From assembly GCA_964202905.1 (NCBI GenBank), contig CAXNJO010000004.1, positions 448,001 to 512,000 of the forward strand: a stretch of 64,000 bases of DNA, read 5' to 3'. A program made the translations under genes and the position numbers. This document shows, one piece after another, positions 42,458 to 52,718 of the stretch. The notes under the pieces were generated by a model that was given only the letters and a program-made list of their open reading frames with translations, ran no database searches and was not told the origin of the DNA. Each line of letters begins with the position of its first letter. The stretch's first letter is position 1. The DNA is from Polyangiales bacterium (lineage in GTDB: Bacteria > Myxococcota_A > Polyangia > Polyangiales > JADJQN01).

Positions 42458-43812
42458 CCGAAGCGCGCTTCACGCTGGCGAGCGAGAGCGCAGAACTCGC
42501 CGTCGAGGCCGCGCACGCCTGCCGGGAGCTCGCGCTCGACGTGGATCCGCAGGTCGTGGCGGATCCGGTCGCGACGGCTGTCTCGCTCCTCGCCGCCGGA
42601 CAGCGCGCCGCGGTGATCGTGCAGGCCGCGCCCGCGCCGGCGACCCTCGTGCGCCTCGCGTCCGCCGCACGCGCCGCAGGGATGCCCTGCCCGCTCGCCC
42701 TCGTCGGCGCGGGGGAGGACGGTGTCCTGACGCTCGCCCTCGCAGGCGACCTCGGGCTCGTCGCCGTCGCCGAGGTGCGCCCCCTCGCCTCCGCCCTCGC
42801 GTTGCTCGCCACCGGGGCTCGCCGTCCCTGGTCCGCCTCGACGCGCGGCCTCGCCGTGACGGATCGCGCGCGCTTGCGGCCCGGCGTCGCGGGCGGGGAG
42901 CGCGCCGGGGGGCGCCTGGTGCGACGCGACGACGGAATGCTCGGCTATTCGCACGGGGCGACGGATACGAGCGTCCCGGCGGGCGAACCGCGCGACCTCG
43001 CGGCCGCGCTCTCCGCGCTCGCGGCGTCCGAGCCGGACGAGGCCGCACCCTTTCCCCCGCTCGAAGGCGGCGCGCGTCAGGCCGTCCTCGACGTCATCTT
43101 CGGGCCGCCACGCGCGCTCTCGGACCCGGCGAGCAAGGCGGCCCTGCGCAGCCACGGGCTGCCCTTCCCCGTCGAGGAGCTGTGCGCGAGTCCGTCGCGT
43201 GCGGCGTCAGAGGCGACGCGACTCGGTTATCCGGTGCGCATCACGCTCGCGTCCCCGGATCTGCGCGTGTGGGATCATCCGGATCTCGCCGTGGACGGCG
43301 TGGACAACGCGGCCCGCGTCCGCGACGTGTACCGGCAGCTCGTCACGCAGGGCGAGGCGCGCGCGGAGGGCAGCCGACTGCTCGGCGTGACGGTCACCGC
43401 GACGCGGGCGGCCCAGGCGCTGCTGCGCGTGGAGGTCGAGCCGCTGCCGGACGGCTGGATCGGCGTGCGGCTCGGGTTCGCCGACGCGCACGGTCTCGCC
43501 TCGCGCGACGAGACGCTGACGGTGCTCCCCGCGTCCCCGGCGCGCCTCGAGCGGGCGCTTGCGCGACTGCGCGGCAACGCGCTGATCTTCGCCGGGTCCC
43601 CCGCGGTGCGGCGCGCCGCGACGAGCGCGATCGGCGACGTGCTCGTCCGACTCGCCCGCTTCGTGGACGCGCACCGCGGCGAGGTCGAGCGGGTCCGACT
43701 CCAGCCGCTCGCCCTGTTGTTCGGCGGCAGCGTCGAGGCGCGGGAGGTTTGCGTCGTCGTCGGAGACGCGTTCCGGCGGTCACTCGACACGCCCGGCGAC
43801 CCGCGCGGTTGA
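42454..43812 (+). CDS. Degenerate NDP-forming acyl-CoA ligase-like protein with ATP-grasp-like C-terminus
   Basis: LSDPASKAAL..GLP..EATRLGYPV, GFADAHG..RD..LP..L.RLRG..L.RLA pattern of the acetate-CoA ligase beta domain. Confidence 0.7.
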   Translation: MTEARFTLASESAELAVEAAHACRELALDVDPQVVADPVATAVSLLAAGQRAAVIVQAAPAPATLVRLASAARAAGMPCPLALVGAGEDGVLTLALAGDLGLVAVAEVRPLASALALLATGARRPWSASTRGLAVTDRARLRPGVAGGERAGGRLVRRDDGMLGYSHGATDTSVPAGEPRDLAAALSALAASEPDEAAPFPPLEGGARQAVLDVIFGPPRALSDPASKAALRSHGLPFPVEELCASPSRAASEATRLGYPVRITLASPDLRVWDHPDLAVDGVDNAARVRDVYRQLVTQGEARAEGSRLLGVTVTATRAAQALLRVEVEPLPDGWIGVRLGFADAHGLASRDETLTVLPASPARLERALARLRGNALIFAGSPAVRRAATSAIGDVLVRLARFVDAHRGEVERVRLQPLALLFGGSVEAREVCVVVGDAFRRSLDTPGDPRG

Positions 43813-43959
43813 GCCCGCCGGCGGCCCGCGCGTCCACACGCGCAAGCGGTCTCCCCGACGCAACGAAGCGCGATGCGGACATCTCCGCACCGCGCTTCGC
43901 GCACCGTTACCTGCGGACAACGCTGGTCGACGACGCGACTCAGCCCGCCGCGTCGACGC

Positions 43960-44115
43960 TCACTGAGCGGTGAGGCCCCGGGTCGGCGCGACCTCGGTGT
44001 TCATGAACGGAGGGAAGCCCGCGAAGAACGCGATGCCGAGATAGAGGAAACCGAGCACACCGACGACGACTACGCCCTTGGTAACAGGGCTCGCATCGGA
44101 CCAGAACGAAGACAT
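43960..44115 (-). CDS. Small single-pass membrane protein (51 aa), below the ORF-track cutoff
   Basis: AAGGAGG RBS, then MSSFWSDASPVTKGVVVVGVLGFLYLGIAFFAGFPPFMNTEVAPTRGLTAQ*. Confidence 0.7.
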   Translation of the reverse strand: MSSFWSDASPVTKGVVVVGVLGFLYLGIAFFAGFPPFMNTEVAPTRGLTAQ

Positions 44116-44264
44116 GGGGCCTCCTTGGGCAGGGGACAGCGTTGAGGGTCGAGGCTATCCGCGAGCGCGCGCCGGAGTCAAGGAATTCGCCCACGCGAGG
44201 ACCGGTGCCGCCCGCCGCGCCGCACCCGCGCCGCCGTGTACACTCGCTCGCCGGAGGTCGGACG

Positions 44265-45959
44265 ATGCTTCGCGACGAGGTCTACGCGGCGATCCGTCGC
44301 GCCGTGGTGGTGGGGCGCGGCGCGGTCCACACGGGGATGGCGTTCCGCATGGGTGCCGCGGGCGCGCGCGCGCTCCTCGCGCAGCAACTCGCCGGGCCGG
44401 TCGGCCCCTCGGCGCTCTTCCGCATCCACGCGGCGAACACGCCTGTTCAGCTGGCGATCGTCACGTACGAAGACGCCGACGCCGCGCCGCAAGGCCCCCT
44501 CATGGAGCCGCGGCGCAGCACCTACGCGGAGACGAACGCGCGCATCGATCGGCTCGCGGCCGGGCTGCGCGCGCGCGGACTCGGCCGCGGAGACGCCGCC
44601 GTCGTCCAGCTCCACAACCGCGCGGCCTTCCTCGAGGTCCAGGCGGCGATGGCGCGGCTCGGCGGGAGCGCGGTGTCGGTGAGCTGGCGCTCGACGGCCG
44701 CGGAGCTCGAGTACCTCGTCAACCACTCGGGCGCCCGCGCGATCTTCGCGGACCTCGCGTGCACGGACGCGCTGCTCGCGGCGCGGCCCAGTCTCCCGAA
44801 CGTGCGCGACGCATGCCTCTTCGTGGTCGGCGGCGCGCGCGCCCCGCTGCATCCCTACGAGAGCGCGTTCGCCGCGGCCCCCGACGCCAACGCGCGCGCC
44901 GACGCCTCCGAGCAGAGCGCCGTCGTCATCTACACGAGCGGCACGACGGGCAAGCCGAAGGGCGCGGTGCGCCGCTTCCCGAAGGAGATGGGCGCCGCGG
45001 TCATGCGCTTTCTCCTCGAGACGCCCATCCACACCGGCGACCGGCACCTCGCCGTGTGCCCGATGTACCACTCGACCGCGTTCGGCTTCATCGGCTTCAA
45101 CCTCGTCGTCGGGGGCACGACGGTGATCGCGCCGCGTTTCGATCCGGAGCAGTTCCTCGCGCTGGTCGAGCGCGAGCGCATCACGACGACGGCGCTCGTG
45201 CCGACGATGCTGCACCGCATCCTGCAGCTGCCCGAGCGCACGCTCGACCGCTACGACACGAGCACGCTGCGCGCCGTGTTCTCGGGCGGTGCGCCGCTGT
45301 CCGGCGCGCTCGCGCGTCGCTTCATCGCGCGTTTCGGTCCCGTGCTCTTCAATTTCTACGGCGCGACCGAGACGGGGGTGAACACGCTCGCGACGAGCGA
45401 GGAGCTGCTGCGCGCCCCCGGCACCATCGGGCACGCCGTCCCCGGCAACGAGCTGCGCATCCTCGACGACGCGGGGCGCCCCGTCCCGCGCGGCGCGACG
45501 GGCGAGTTGTGGGTGAAGAACGACATGCTGGTCGCCGGCTATCACCGCGACGACGCGGCGACGAACGACGCGATGCGCGAGGGCTTCTTCTCGGTGGGCG
45601 ACCTCGCGCACGAGGACGCGCACGGGCTCTTCCACATCGACGGCCGCAAACGCGACATGGTCATCACCGGCGGTGTGAACGTGTACCCCGCGGAGATCGA
45701 AGAGGTGCTGCACGCGCACCCCGCCGTCGGCGAGGCGGCGGTCGTCGGCGTCCCCGACGAAGAGTGGGGCGAACGGGTCCGCGCGTTCGTCGCGCTGCGC
45801 GCCGGGGCGCTCGCGTCGCCGAATGAGCTCGTCGCACATTGCCGCACGGCGCTCAGCAGCGCGAAGGTGCCGCGCGAGGTCGTGCTGCTCGACGAGCTGC
45901 CGAAAAACCCGACGGGCAAGGTGCTCAAACGCGAGTTGCGGGACTGGCGCCCCGCCTAG
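44265..45959 (+). CDS. AMP-forming acyl-CoA synthetase
   Basis: YTSGTTGKPKG, YGATE, GDL, GRKRDM, PKNPTGK. Confidence 0.95.
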   Translation: MLRDEVYAAIRRAVVVGRGAVHTGMAFRMGAAGARALLAQQLAGPVGPSALFRIHAANTPVQLAIVTYEDADAAPQGPLMEPRRSTYAETNARIDRLAAGLRARGLGRGDAAVVQLHNRAAFLEVQAAMARLGGSAVSVSWRSTAAELEYLVNHSGARAIFADLACTDALLAARPSLPNVRDACLFVVGGARAPLHPYESAFAAAPDANARADASEQSAVVIYTSGTTGKPKGAVRRFPKEMGAAVMRFLLETPIHTGDRHLAVCPMYHSTAFGFIGFNLVVGGTTVIAPRFDPEQFLALVERERITTTALVPTMLHRILQLPERTLDRYDTSTLRAVFSGGAPLSGALARRFIARFGPVLFNFYGATETGVNTLATSEELLRAPGTIGHAVPGNELRILDDAGRPVPRGATGELWVKNDMLVAGYHRDDAATNDAMREGFFSVGDLAHEDAHGLFHIDGRKRDMVITGGVNVYPAEIEEVLHAHPAVGEAAVVGVPDEEWGERVRAFVALRAGALASPNELVAHCRTALSSAKVPREVVLLDELPKNPTGKVLKRELRDWRPA

Positions 45960-45980
45960 CGCGACACGTCGGCGCGGGCG

Positions 45981-48810
45981 TCAGGCGAGCGGCACGCGCG
46001 CGAGCTCGCGGGCGAGGAAGCGCCCGGTGTGCGATCCCACGACGCGGGCCAGTTCCTCGGGCGTCCCCTCCCCGACGATCCGGCCTCCCCCGCTCCCGCC
46101 CTCGGGCCCGAGGTCGATCACGCGATCGGCGACCTTGACGACGTCGAGGTTGTGCTCGATGACGACGACGGTGTTGCCCTGATCCACCAGCTCCTGGAGG
46201 ACGCCCACGAGCAGCCTGCGACGTCCTCGAAGTGCAGGCCCGGTGGTCGGCTCATCGAGCACGTAGAGCGTGCGGCCGGTGGCCTTGCGTGCGAGCTCGC
46301 GCGAGAGTTTCACGCGCTGCGCCTCGCCGCCCGAGAGCGTCGTCGCGCTCTGGCCGAGCTCGAGATAGCCGAGCCCCACGCGCGAGAGCGCGCCGAGCGT
46401 CTGCCGCAATTTCGGCACCGCGCCGAGCAGCTCGAGCGCGTCGTCGATCGGGCGCGTCGAGGAGCGTCCGCGATGCTGTGACCGCGTGTACTGCACCTCG
46501 AGCGTCTCGCGGTTGTAGCGCTTGCCGCCGCAGACCTCGCACGGGCACGTAGACGTCGGGCAGGAAGTGCATCTCGATGCTGGAGCACGCCGTCGCCCTG
46601 ACAGGCCTCGCAGCGACCGCCCTTCACGTTGAAACTGAAGCGCCCGGGCTCGTAGCCGCGCGCGCGCGCCTCGGGGAGTTGCGCGAAGAGCTCGCGGAGC
46701 GGCCCGAAGACGCCCGTGTAGGTCGCCGGGTTGGAGCGGGGCGTGCGACCGATCGGCGACTGGTCGATGTTGATGACCTTGTCGATGGCCTCGAGCCCGC
46801 GGACGGTCGCGGCGACGGGCGCCTCGCGCGCGCCGTTCGCGTGCTGACGCGCGGCCGCTGTAGCAGGGTGTCGATGACGAGCGTCGACTTGCCCGAGCCG
46901 CTCACGCCCGTGACCGCGCGTGAGCACGCCGAGCGGGCACCCGCACGGACACGTCGCGCAGGTTGTGGGCGGTCGCGTGCGCGATCTCGACGTGGGCGGT
47001 CGCGCGGCGGCGGCGCTTCGGGACGGGGATCGCGCGCGCGCCAGAGAGGTAGCGGCCCGTGAGCGAGCGCGGATCGGCGAGGATCTCGCGCGGGCGTGCC
47101 CTGCGCGACGATCGTGCCGCCGTGCTTCCCCGCGCCGGGGCCGACGTCGACCACGTGATCGGCCGCGAGGATCGTGTCGGCGTCGTGCTCGACGACGAGC
47201 ACCGTGTTGCCGAGATCGCGCAGCGCCTTGAGCGTCGCGATGAGGCGCTCGTTGTCGCGCGGGTGCAGGCCGATCGACGGCTCGTCGAGCACGTAGAGCA
47301 CGCCCGTCAGCGCGGCGCCGATCTGCGTCGCGAGGCGGATGCGCTCGGCCTCGCCGCCCGAGAGCGTCGCGGCGCCGCGATCGAGCGCCAGATAATCGAG
47401 GCCGACGTTCACGAGGAAGCCGAGGCGCGACGTGATCTCGCGCACGATCCGCCGCGCGATCGCGGCCTCACGCGGAGGAAGCGCGAGTTCCGCGAAGAAC
47501 GCGCTCGCCTCCTTGATCGAGAGCGCCGTGACCTCGCGGATGTTGCGCCCCGCGACGCGCACAGCGAGCGCCTCGGGCCGCAGGCGCGCACCGCCGCAGG
47601 CCTTGCACGCGTCGGTGCGGGCGAAGCGGTGGAACTGCTCCTCGAGGAACTCGAAGGTGCCGTCCTCGTCCTGCCCCTCTTCTCGCTTGCGGCGCTCGTA
47701 GTCGCGGCTGCGGCGCTCGAGCCCCGGGATGACGCCCTCCCAGACTCCGTCGCCCTCCTTGCCGTCGCCGCGCAGGATGAGCGCGCGCGTCTTCTCGGCG
47801 AGCTTCTTCCACGGGACGTTGCGCTTGACGCCGGTCTTGTCGACGAGCGCCTCGAGCATGTAGCGCTGGTAGATTCCGCCCGCTTTGCCCCACGGCGCGA
47901 TGGCCCCGTCGTCGAGCGAGAGGGCGGTGTCGGGCACGACGAGCTCCGGGTCGAACCAGCGCACCTCACCGAGCCCGCTGCACGCCGTGCACGCGCCCGC
48001 GGGGTTGTTGAACGAAAAGATCCGCGGCGAGATCTCGGGGAGCGAGACGCCGTCCTCGATGCACGCGAAGCGCTCGCTCAGCAGGAAGTCGCCCTGCCCC
48101 GGGACGTCGATGCGGACGAGCCCTTCGCCGAGCTTGAGCGCGAGCTCGATCGACTCGGTGAGCCGCTGCCGCACGTCCGGCTTCACGGCGAGCCGGTCGA
48201 CGTGCACGTCGATCGTGTGCGGCTTGTTCTTGTCGAGCGTGAGCTCGTCGGCGAGGTCCCGCACGACGCCGTCGATCGTCGCGCGCACGAAGCCGTCGCG
48301 GCGCAACGCATCAAGCTCCTTGCGGTATTCGCCTTTCTTGCCGCGGGCGAGCGGCGCGAGCACGGCAAAGCGAGCGCCCTCACCGAGCATGAGCACGCGG
48401 TCCACCATCTGCTGCACGGTCTGCGCGCTGATCGCGCGGCCGCACGTCGGGCAGTGCGGCGTGCCCGCGCGCGCATAAAGCAGACGCAGATAGTCGTAGA
48501 TCTCGGTGACGGTGCCGACCGTCGAGCGCGGGTTCCGCGACGTGGTCTGCTGCTCGATGCTGATGGCCGGCGAGAGTCCCTCGATCGTGTCGACGTCGGG
48601 CTTCGGCATCTGGTCGAGGAACTGGCGCGCGTAGGCGCTCAGCGACTCCACGTAGCGGCGCTGCCCCTCCGCGTAGATGGTGTCGAACGCGAGCGACGAT
48701 TTGCCGGAGCCGCTCGGCCCGGTGATGACGACGAGCCGGTCGCGCGGGAGCGTGACGTCGACGTCCTTCAGGTTGTGCTGGCGCGCACCGCGGACGACGA
48801 TTTCCTTCAC
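45981..48810 (-). CDS. uvrA: Excinuclease ABC subunit UvrA (frameshifts in the 3' third)
   Basis: [24 protein letters not shown] twice, [18 protein letters not shown] spread over several frames. Confidence 0.96.
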
Positions 48811-48834
48811 CGGGGGCTCCTTCGAAGGCCGCGT

Positions 48835-49851
48835 TCAGGTGCAGCGGGCGGCGAGCGCGACCGCCGCGATCATGCCGTCCGCATCGCCGCGACCCGCGGC
48901 CGCCGCATCGTACGCGACGCCGTGATCGACGCTCGTGCGCAGGAAGGGTAGCCCCCAGGTCACGTTCACCGCCTTGCCCCAGTCGAGCAGCTTGGACGGG
49001 ATGGTGGCCTGGTCGTGCATCATGCAGACGACGCCGTCGATCCGGCCCCACGCGGCCTCGCGCAGGGCGGCCTCGGCCGGGCGCACGCCGAGCAGGCGCA
49101 CGCGACCGTCGGCGTAGGGCGGCCGCGCGCCCGCGAGCGCGGCCCCCGGCTCGACGACGCGCGGGTCTTCGTCACCGAAGAGCCCGTGCTCGCCCGCGTG
49201 CGGGTTGAGCGCAGCGACCACGACCGTCGGCACGCCGGACGCCCCCCCGCGGAGCCGGAGCAGCGCCTCGCCGAGGTGCGTGACCGCGCGGGCGACGCGC
49301 GCGGGGGTGATCTCCGTCGCGACGCGCGAGACGGCCACGTGCGTCGTGACGAGCGCGAGGCGGAGCGTCGGGCCGAAAAACATCATCGTCACGGCGTCGT
49401 CCGGCAGGCCGCAGCGACGCGCGAGATGCTCCGTCTGACCCGTGAAGGGCGTGCCGCTCGCGACGATGGCTTCCTTGCTCGTCGGGCCCGTGACGAGGGC
49501 GCGCGCATGCCCCGCAGCGACGACGGACGCCGCGGCGTCGAGCGCGCGGAGCTGCGCGGCGCCGCCCTCCGCCGTGGGCGCGTGCGCCGCGACGCAGGCG
49601 TCGGAGACCGCACCGACGTCCGCGAGGCCGAGCGCGCCCGCGGGGAGCGCGAAGGGGCCTTCGGTCGCGACGCTCACGCACGGGGTCGCCGGTGCGGCGG
49701 ACGCGACGAGCGCCGCGAGTCGACGCGCATCCCCGAACAGCACGAGCGACTCGCCGCGCGCTGCCGCATCGAGGGCGGCGGTCACCGACACCCGGGGTCC
49801 GACGCCCGCCGGGTCACCCACACTCACGGCCAACGGGAGCCTCGCCGTCAT
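48835..49851 (-). CDS. pdxA: 4-hydroxythreonine-4-phosphate dehydrogenase PdxA
   Basis: GDPAGVGP, LNPHAGE, MMHDQ, LPFLRTSVDHG. Confidence 0.93.
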   Translation of the reverse strand: MTARLPLAVSVGDPAGVGPRVSVTAALDAAARGESLVLFGDARRLAALVASAAPATPCVSVATEGPFALPAGALGLADVGAVSDACVAAHAPTAEGGAAQLRALDAAASVVAAGHARALVTGPTSKEAIVASGTPFTGQTEHLARRCGLPDDAVTMMFFGPTLRLALVTTHVAVSRVATEITPARVARAVTHLGEALLRLRGGASGVPTVVVAALNPHAGEHGLFGDEDPRVVEPGAALAGARPPYADGRVRLLGVRPAEAALREAAWGRIDGVVCMMHDQATIPSKLLDWGKAVNVTWGLPFLRTSVDHGVAYDAAAAGRGDADGMIAAVALAARCT

Positions 49852-50525
49852 GGTGCCCTCATCTTGTAGCCGGCGCCGCGCACGGTCTCGAGCGGTCGCG
49901 CGCCGGCGCCGAGCTTCATGCGCAGCCGGCGGACGTGGATGTCGACCGTCCGGCTGCCCCCGTAGTAATCGACGCCCCAGACCCGCGCGAGCAGCTGCTC
50001 GCGGCTGAAGACGCGCCCGCGGTGCTGGGCGAGAAACTTCAGCAGCGCGAACTCCTGATGCGTCAGCGGCACCGCGCGACCGTCCACGGTGACCTCGTGC
50101 GCGGCGAGGTCCACGCAGAGGGCCCCGAGCTTCATCCGCTCGCCCGCCTCGAACTCGCTGCGGCGCCACTCGATCCGGCGCACCCGCACGTAGAGCTCAG
50201 CGGGCACGTACGGCACGAGCACGAAGTCGTCGAAGCCGTCCTGCGGGTCGAGCCGCTGCAGCGCGTTGACCGTGACCGCGGCGATGGTCGGCACCTCCGC
50301 GAGCGGGGAGACGGCCCGGAGACGCGCGAGGGCGGCCCGCCCCGCGTCGACCTGATCGAGCGCTTCGACGAGGATCGCCGTGGGCGGCTGCTCGGCGAGC
50401 GCGGCCTCGTCGAGCGCGTCCCACAGATCGAGCGCGCGCACGCGACAGCCGAGGTCCCGGAGCGTGGCGACGCCACCCTCCGGGCGCTCGAGCTGATCAC
50501 TCCGACCGACCACGAGGATCCACAT
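49848..50525 (-). CDS. OmpR-family regulator with atypical receiver domain
   Basis: C-terminal winged helix (LTHQEFALL, RTVDIHVRRLR, ETVRGAGY); receiver lacks the canonical DD, D and K residues. Confidence 0.9.
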   Translation of the reverse strand: MWILVVGRSDQLERPEGGVATLRDLGCRVRALDLWDALDEAALAEQPPTAILVEALDQVDAGRAALARLRAVSPLAEVPTIAAVTVNALQRLDPQDGFDDFVLVPYVPAELYVRVRRIEWRRSEFEAGERMKLGALCVDLAAHEVTVDGRAVPLTHQEFALLKFLAQHRGRVFSREQLLARVWGVDYYGGSRTVDIHVRRLRMKLGAGARPLETVRGAGYKMRAP

Positions 50526-50765
50526 GCCGTGTCCTTCCGAGGCGCGGAGGCGCGGAGGCGCCGTTACGCCGCATCGCGTCAATCGCCGGGCGCGCATGCT
50601 ATCCGGGAGGCCGCGGGCACGCAATTCGACGCCGCCGAGACTTGACCGAGGCGCCTGCGGGGGGCTACGTTCGGCGCCGCTCCGAGGTCTCTGGAGCGTG
50701 CCCGTGTCCGGGCGCCCCATCCGCCTCGCCCCCACCCAGGCAGGTCCTTCAGCGATGCAGTCCCG

Positions 50766-52718
50766 ATGGCGATGAGGACGTGGCGGCTGGTCGTGACGGC
50801 GCTCGGTCAGGGGGCGTCGTCTCCGGGCGGGGCGGACTCGGGCGGCGCGGGTGAAGCCGCGGCGGGGAGCGGCGCGTCCAGGGACGCAGGCGGCCCCCTG
50901 CACGAGGTCACCGTCGAAGCAGAGAACTGGATGACCGCGCTCCGCCATGCGCGCGCCGCGATCGGCGAGAGCGGCGGCGTGCCGACGGGTGCGAGTTGTG
51001 CGATCGCGCCCGACGGGCGCGTCACGATTCTCGATCCGGTGACGCGACGTTCGTACGTGGTCGCCCCGGGGACGAGCCACTCGTTCCGACCCACCGCAGC
51101 CACTTCGGGGCCCCGAGTGCCCGGCGACGAGGTGCCCCGCGCGATCACGCCGACGGCACAGGTCGCCACGGCACAGGTCGCCACGGCACAGGTCGCGGCA
51201 GCGCAGGCTGCGGCCGCACCCGTTGCAGCAGCGCCCACCGTCGAGACGTCCAGGCCCGTCACGGCGGCGGCCACGACGACCGCGCGCGCGAAGTCCATGA
51301 CGATGGCGTACATGCCGACGCCGAGCGGCGTCCGTCCCGAGCCGATCGCCATCGGCGTCCCCGCCTCGCCTGCGGCCACGACACCGGCCGATGTCGCACC
51401 CCGGGAGCCCATCGCGACGCCGGCCGAAGCTGCGCCCGCGCAAGCGGCCGCGCCAGCCCCGGCGCCTGCCGACGCGCCCGCTCCGGCGCCTGCGGCCGCA
51501 CCCGCCCCTCCGCAAGCCGCCGTGACGCCGCAGCCAGCCCCAGCGGCTGCCGGAGTCGCGCCCACCGCGGCGGCACCCGTCTCGGCCTACCTGTTGTCGC
51601 AGCGCGACGAAGAGCCCTCCGAACGCAGCCCGCTCGTCTACCGCGAGCGCACGTGGGTGGTGCCGCCCGGCACGACGGAGGACGCCTCCGCGCTCGCGCT
51701 GCGTGGCGAGCTCTACGGCCTGCAGCAGCAGCTCGCCGGGCGACCGGACGGCAAGTTCGTGAACCTCGCGGTGTTCGACCACGCGTGGACCGACCGCCCC
51801 CTCCGTGCGCCGCTCGTGACGCTCCAGTGGAAGGACTGGCGCGGCGAGCCTGACGTCGCCTTCCCGGCCCGGGCGCGCGCCGCGAGAGCCAGCGAAGCCC
51901 CCCGGGCCTCGGCGACGACGGCGGTGGCAGCGCCGACAGCCTCCCCGGTTCCTGCGGCCCCGGTCACCGCAGTGCCGGTCACCGCAGTGCCGGTCACCGC
52001 AGTGCCGGTCACCGCCGCGCCGACAGCGGCCTCGGTGTCGTCGCCGCCCCCGGCAGCTCCGGCGTCGCAGCCACCGGCGTCGCAACCACCGGCGTCGCAG
52101 CCACCGGTGGCGCGAGCCGCACCGATCTCGCAGCCGCCCACGGCGCAGAGCGCGGCGAGAGCCCCCGCGGAGTCTCCGGACGATCGCCTCGCCCACGCGT
52201 TCGAGGCCTGCCAGGACCTCTTCTTCCTCGCGTCCGCCTCGGACGGGCTCGACTTCGTGGTGCGGCTGCTCGCCGAGATCGTGCCTTGCGAGGCGATCAC
52301 CGCCTCGCTCTACGACATCAACACCGACGAGCTCCGCTTCGTGGCGCTCACGGGCCCCGGCGCCGAGGCACGCAAGGGCAGCGCCGTCCAGGCGAGCCGC
52401 GGTCTCGTCGCGGAGGCGAGCCGCCGCCCGGCGCCGATCCTCGTCGACGACGTCGCCCGCGACCCACGCTTCGTCGCGGAGTTCGACGGTCGTCCGGGCC
52501 TCGAAGCGCAGACGATGCTCCTGCACGGCGTGCTGCACGAGGGCCGGCTGCTCGGCGTCCTACAGCTCACGAACCGCTCCGTGCAGCCGCAGTTCGGGCG
52601 CGCCGACGGAAACGTCGTGACGTACGTCGCCAAGCAGCTCGGAGCGTTCCTCCACACCCAGCGGACGGCCGACAAGCGCGCGCCGGCCGGTACCACCGTC
52701 GGGCGTCCACGCCGGTGA
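50766..52718 (+). CDS. GAF-domain protein with two uncharacterised domains and Ala/Pro linkers
   Basis: C-terminal GAF (DVARDPRF, LLGVLQLTNR..F). Confidence 0.85.
   Translation: MAMRTWRLVVTALGQGASSPGGADSGGAGEAAAGSGASRDAGGPLHEVTVEAENWMTALRHARAAIGESGGVPTGASCAIAPDGRVTILDPVTRRSYVVAPGTSHSFRPTAATSGPRVPGDEVPRAITPTAQVATAQVATAQVAAAQAAAAPVAAAPTVETSRPVTAAATTTARAKSMTMAYMPTPSGVRPEPIAIGVPASPAATTPADVAPREPIATPAEAAPAQAAAPAPAPADAPAPAPAAAPAPPQAAVTPQPAPAAAGVAPTAAAPVSAYLLSQRDEEPSERSPLVYRERTWVVPPGTTEDASALALRGELYGLQQQLAGRPDGKFVNLAVFDHAWTDRPLRAPLVTLQWKDWRGEPDVAFPARARAARASEAPRASATTAVAAPTASPVPAAPVTAVPVTAVPVTAVPVTAAPTAASVSSPPPAAPASQPPASQPPASQPPVARAAPISQPPTAQSAARAPAESPDDRLAHAFEACQDLFFLASASDGLDFVVRLLAEIVPCEAITASLYDINTDELRFVALTGPGAEARKGSAVQASRGLVAEASRRPAPILVDDVARDPRFVAEFDGRPGLEAQTMLLHGVLHEGRLLGVLQLTNRSVQPQFGRADGNVVTYVAKQLGAFLHTQRTADKRAPAGTTVGRPRR
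51153..52103 (+). repeat. Three in-frame 15-bp tandem arrays in the GAF protein linkers
   Basis: ACGGCACAGGTCGCC x3 (51153), CCGGTCACCGCAGTG x3-4 (51960), CCGGCGTCGCAGCCA x3 (52059). Confidence 0.85.

Noticed and set aside
51153..52103. Short repeats as a CRISPR array
   Set aside because: No spacers; in-frame coding tandem repeats; no cas genes.
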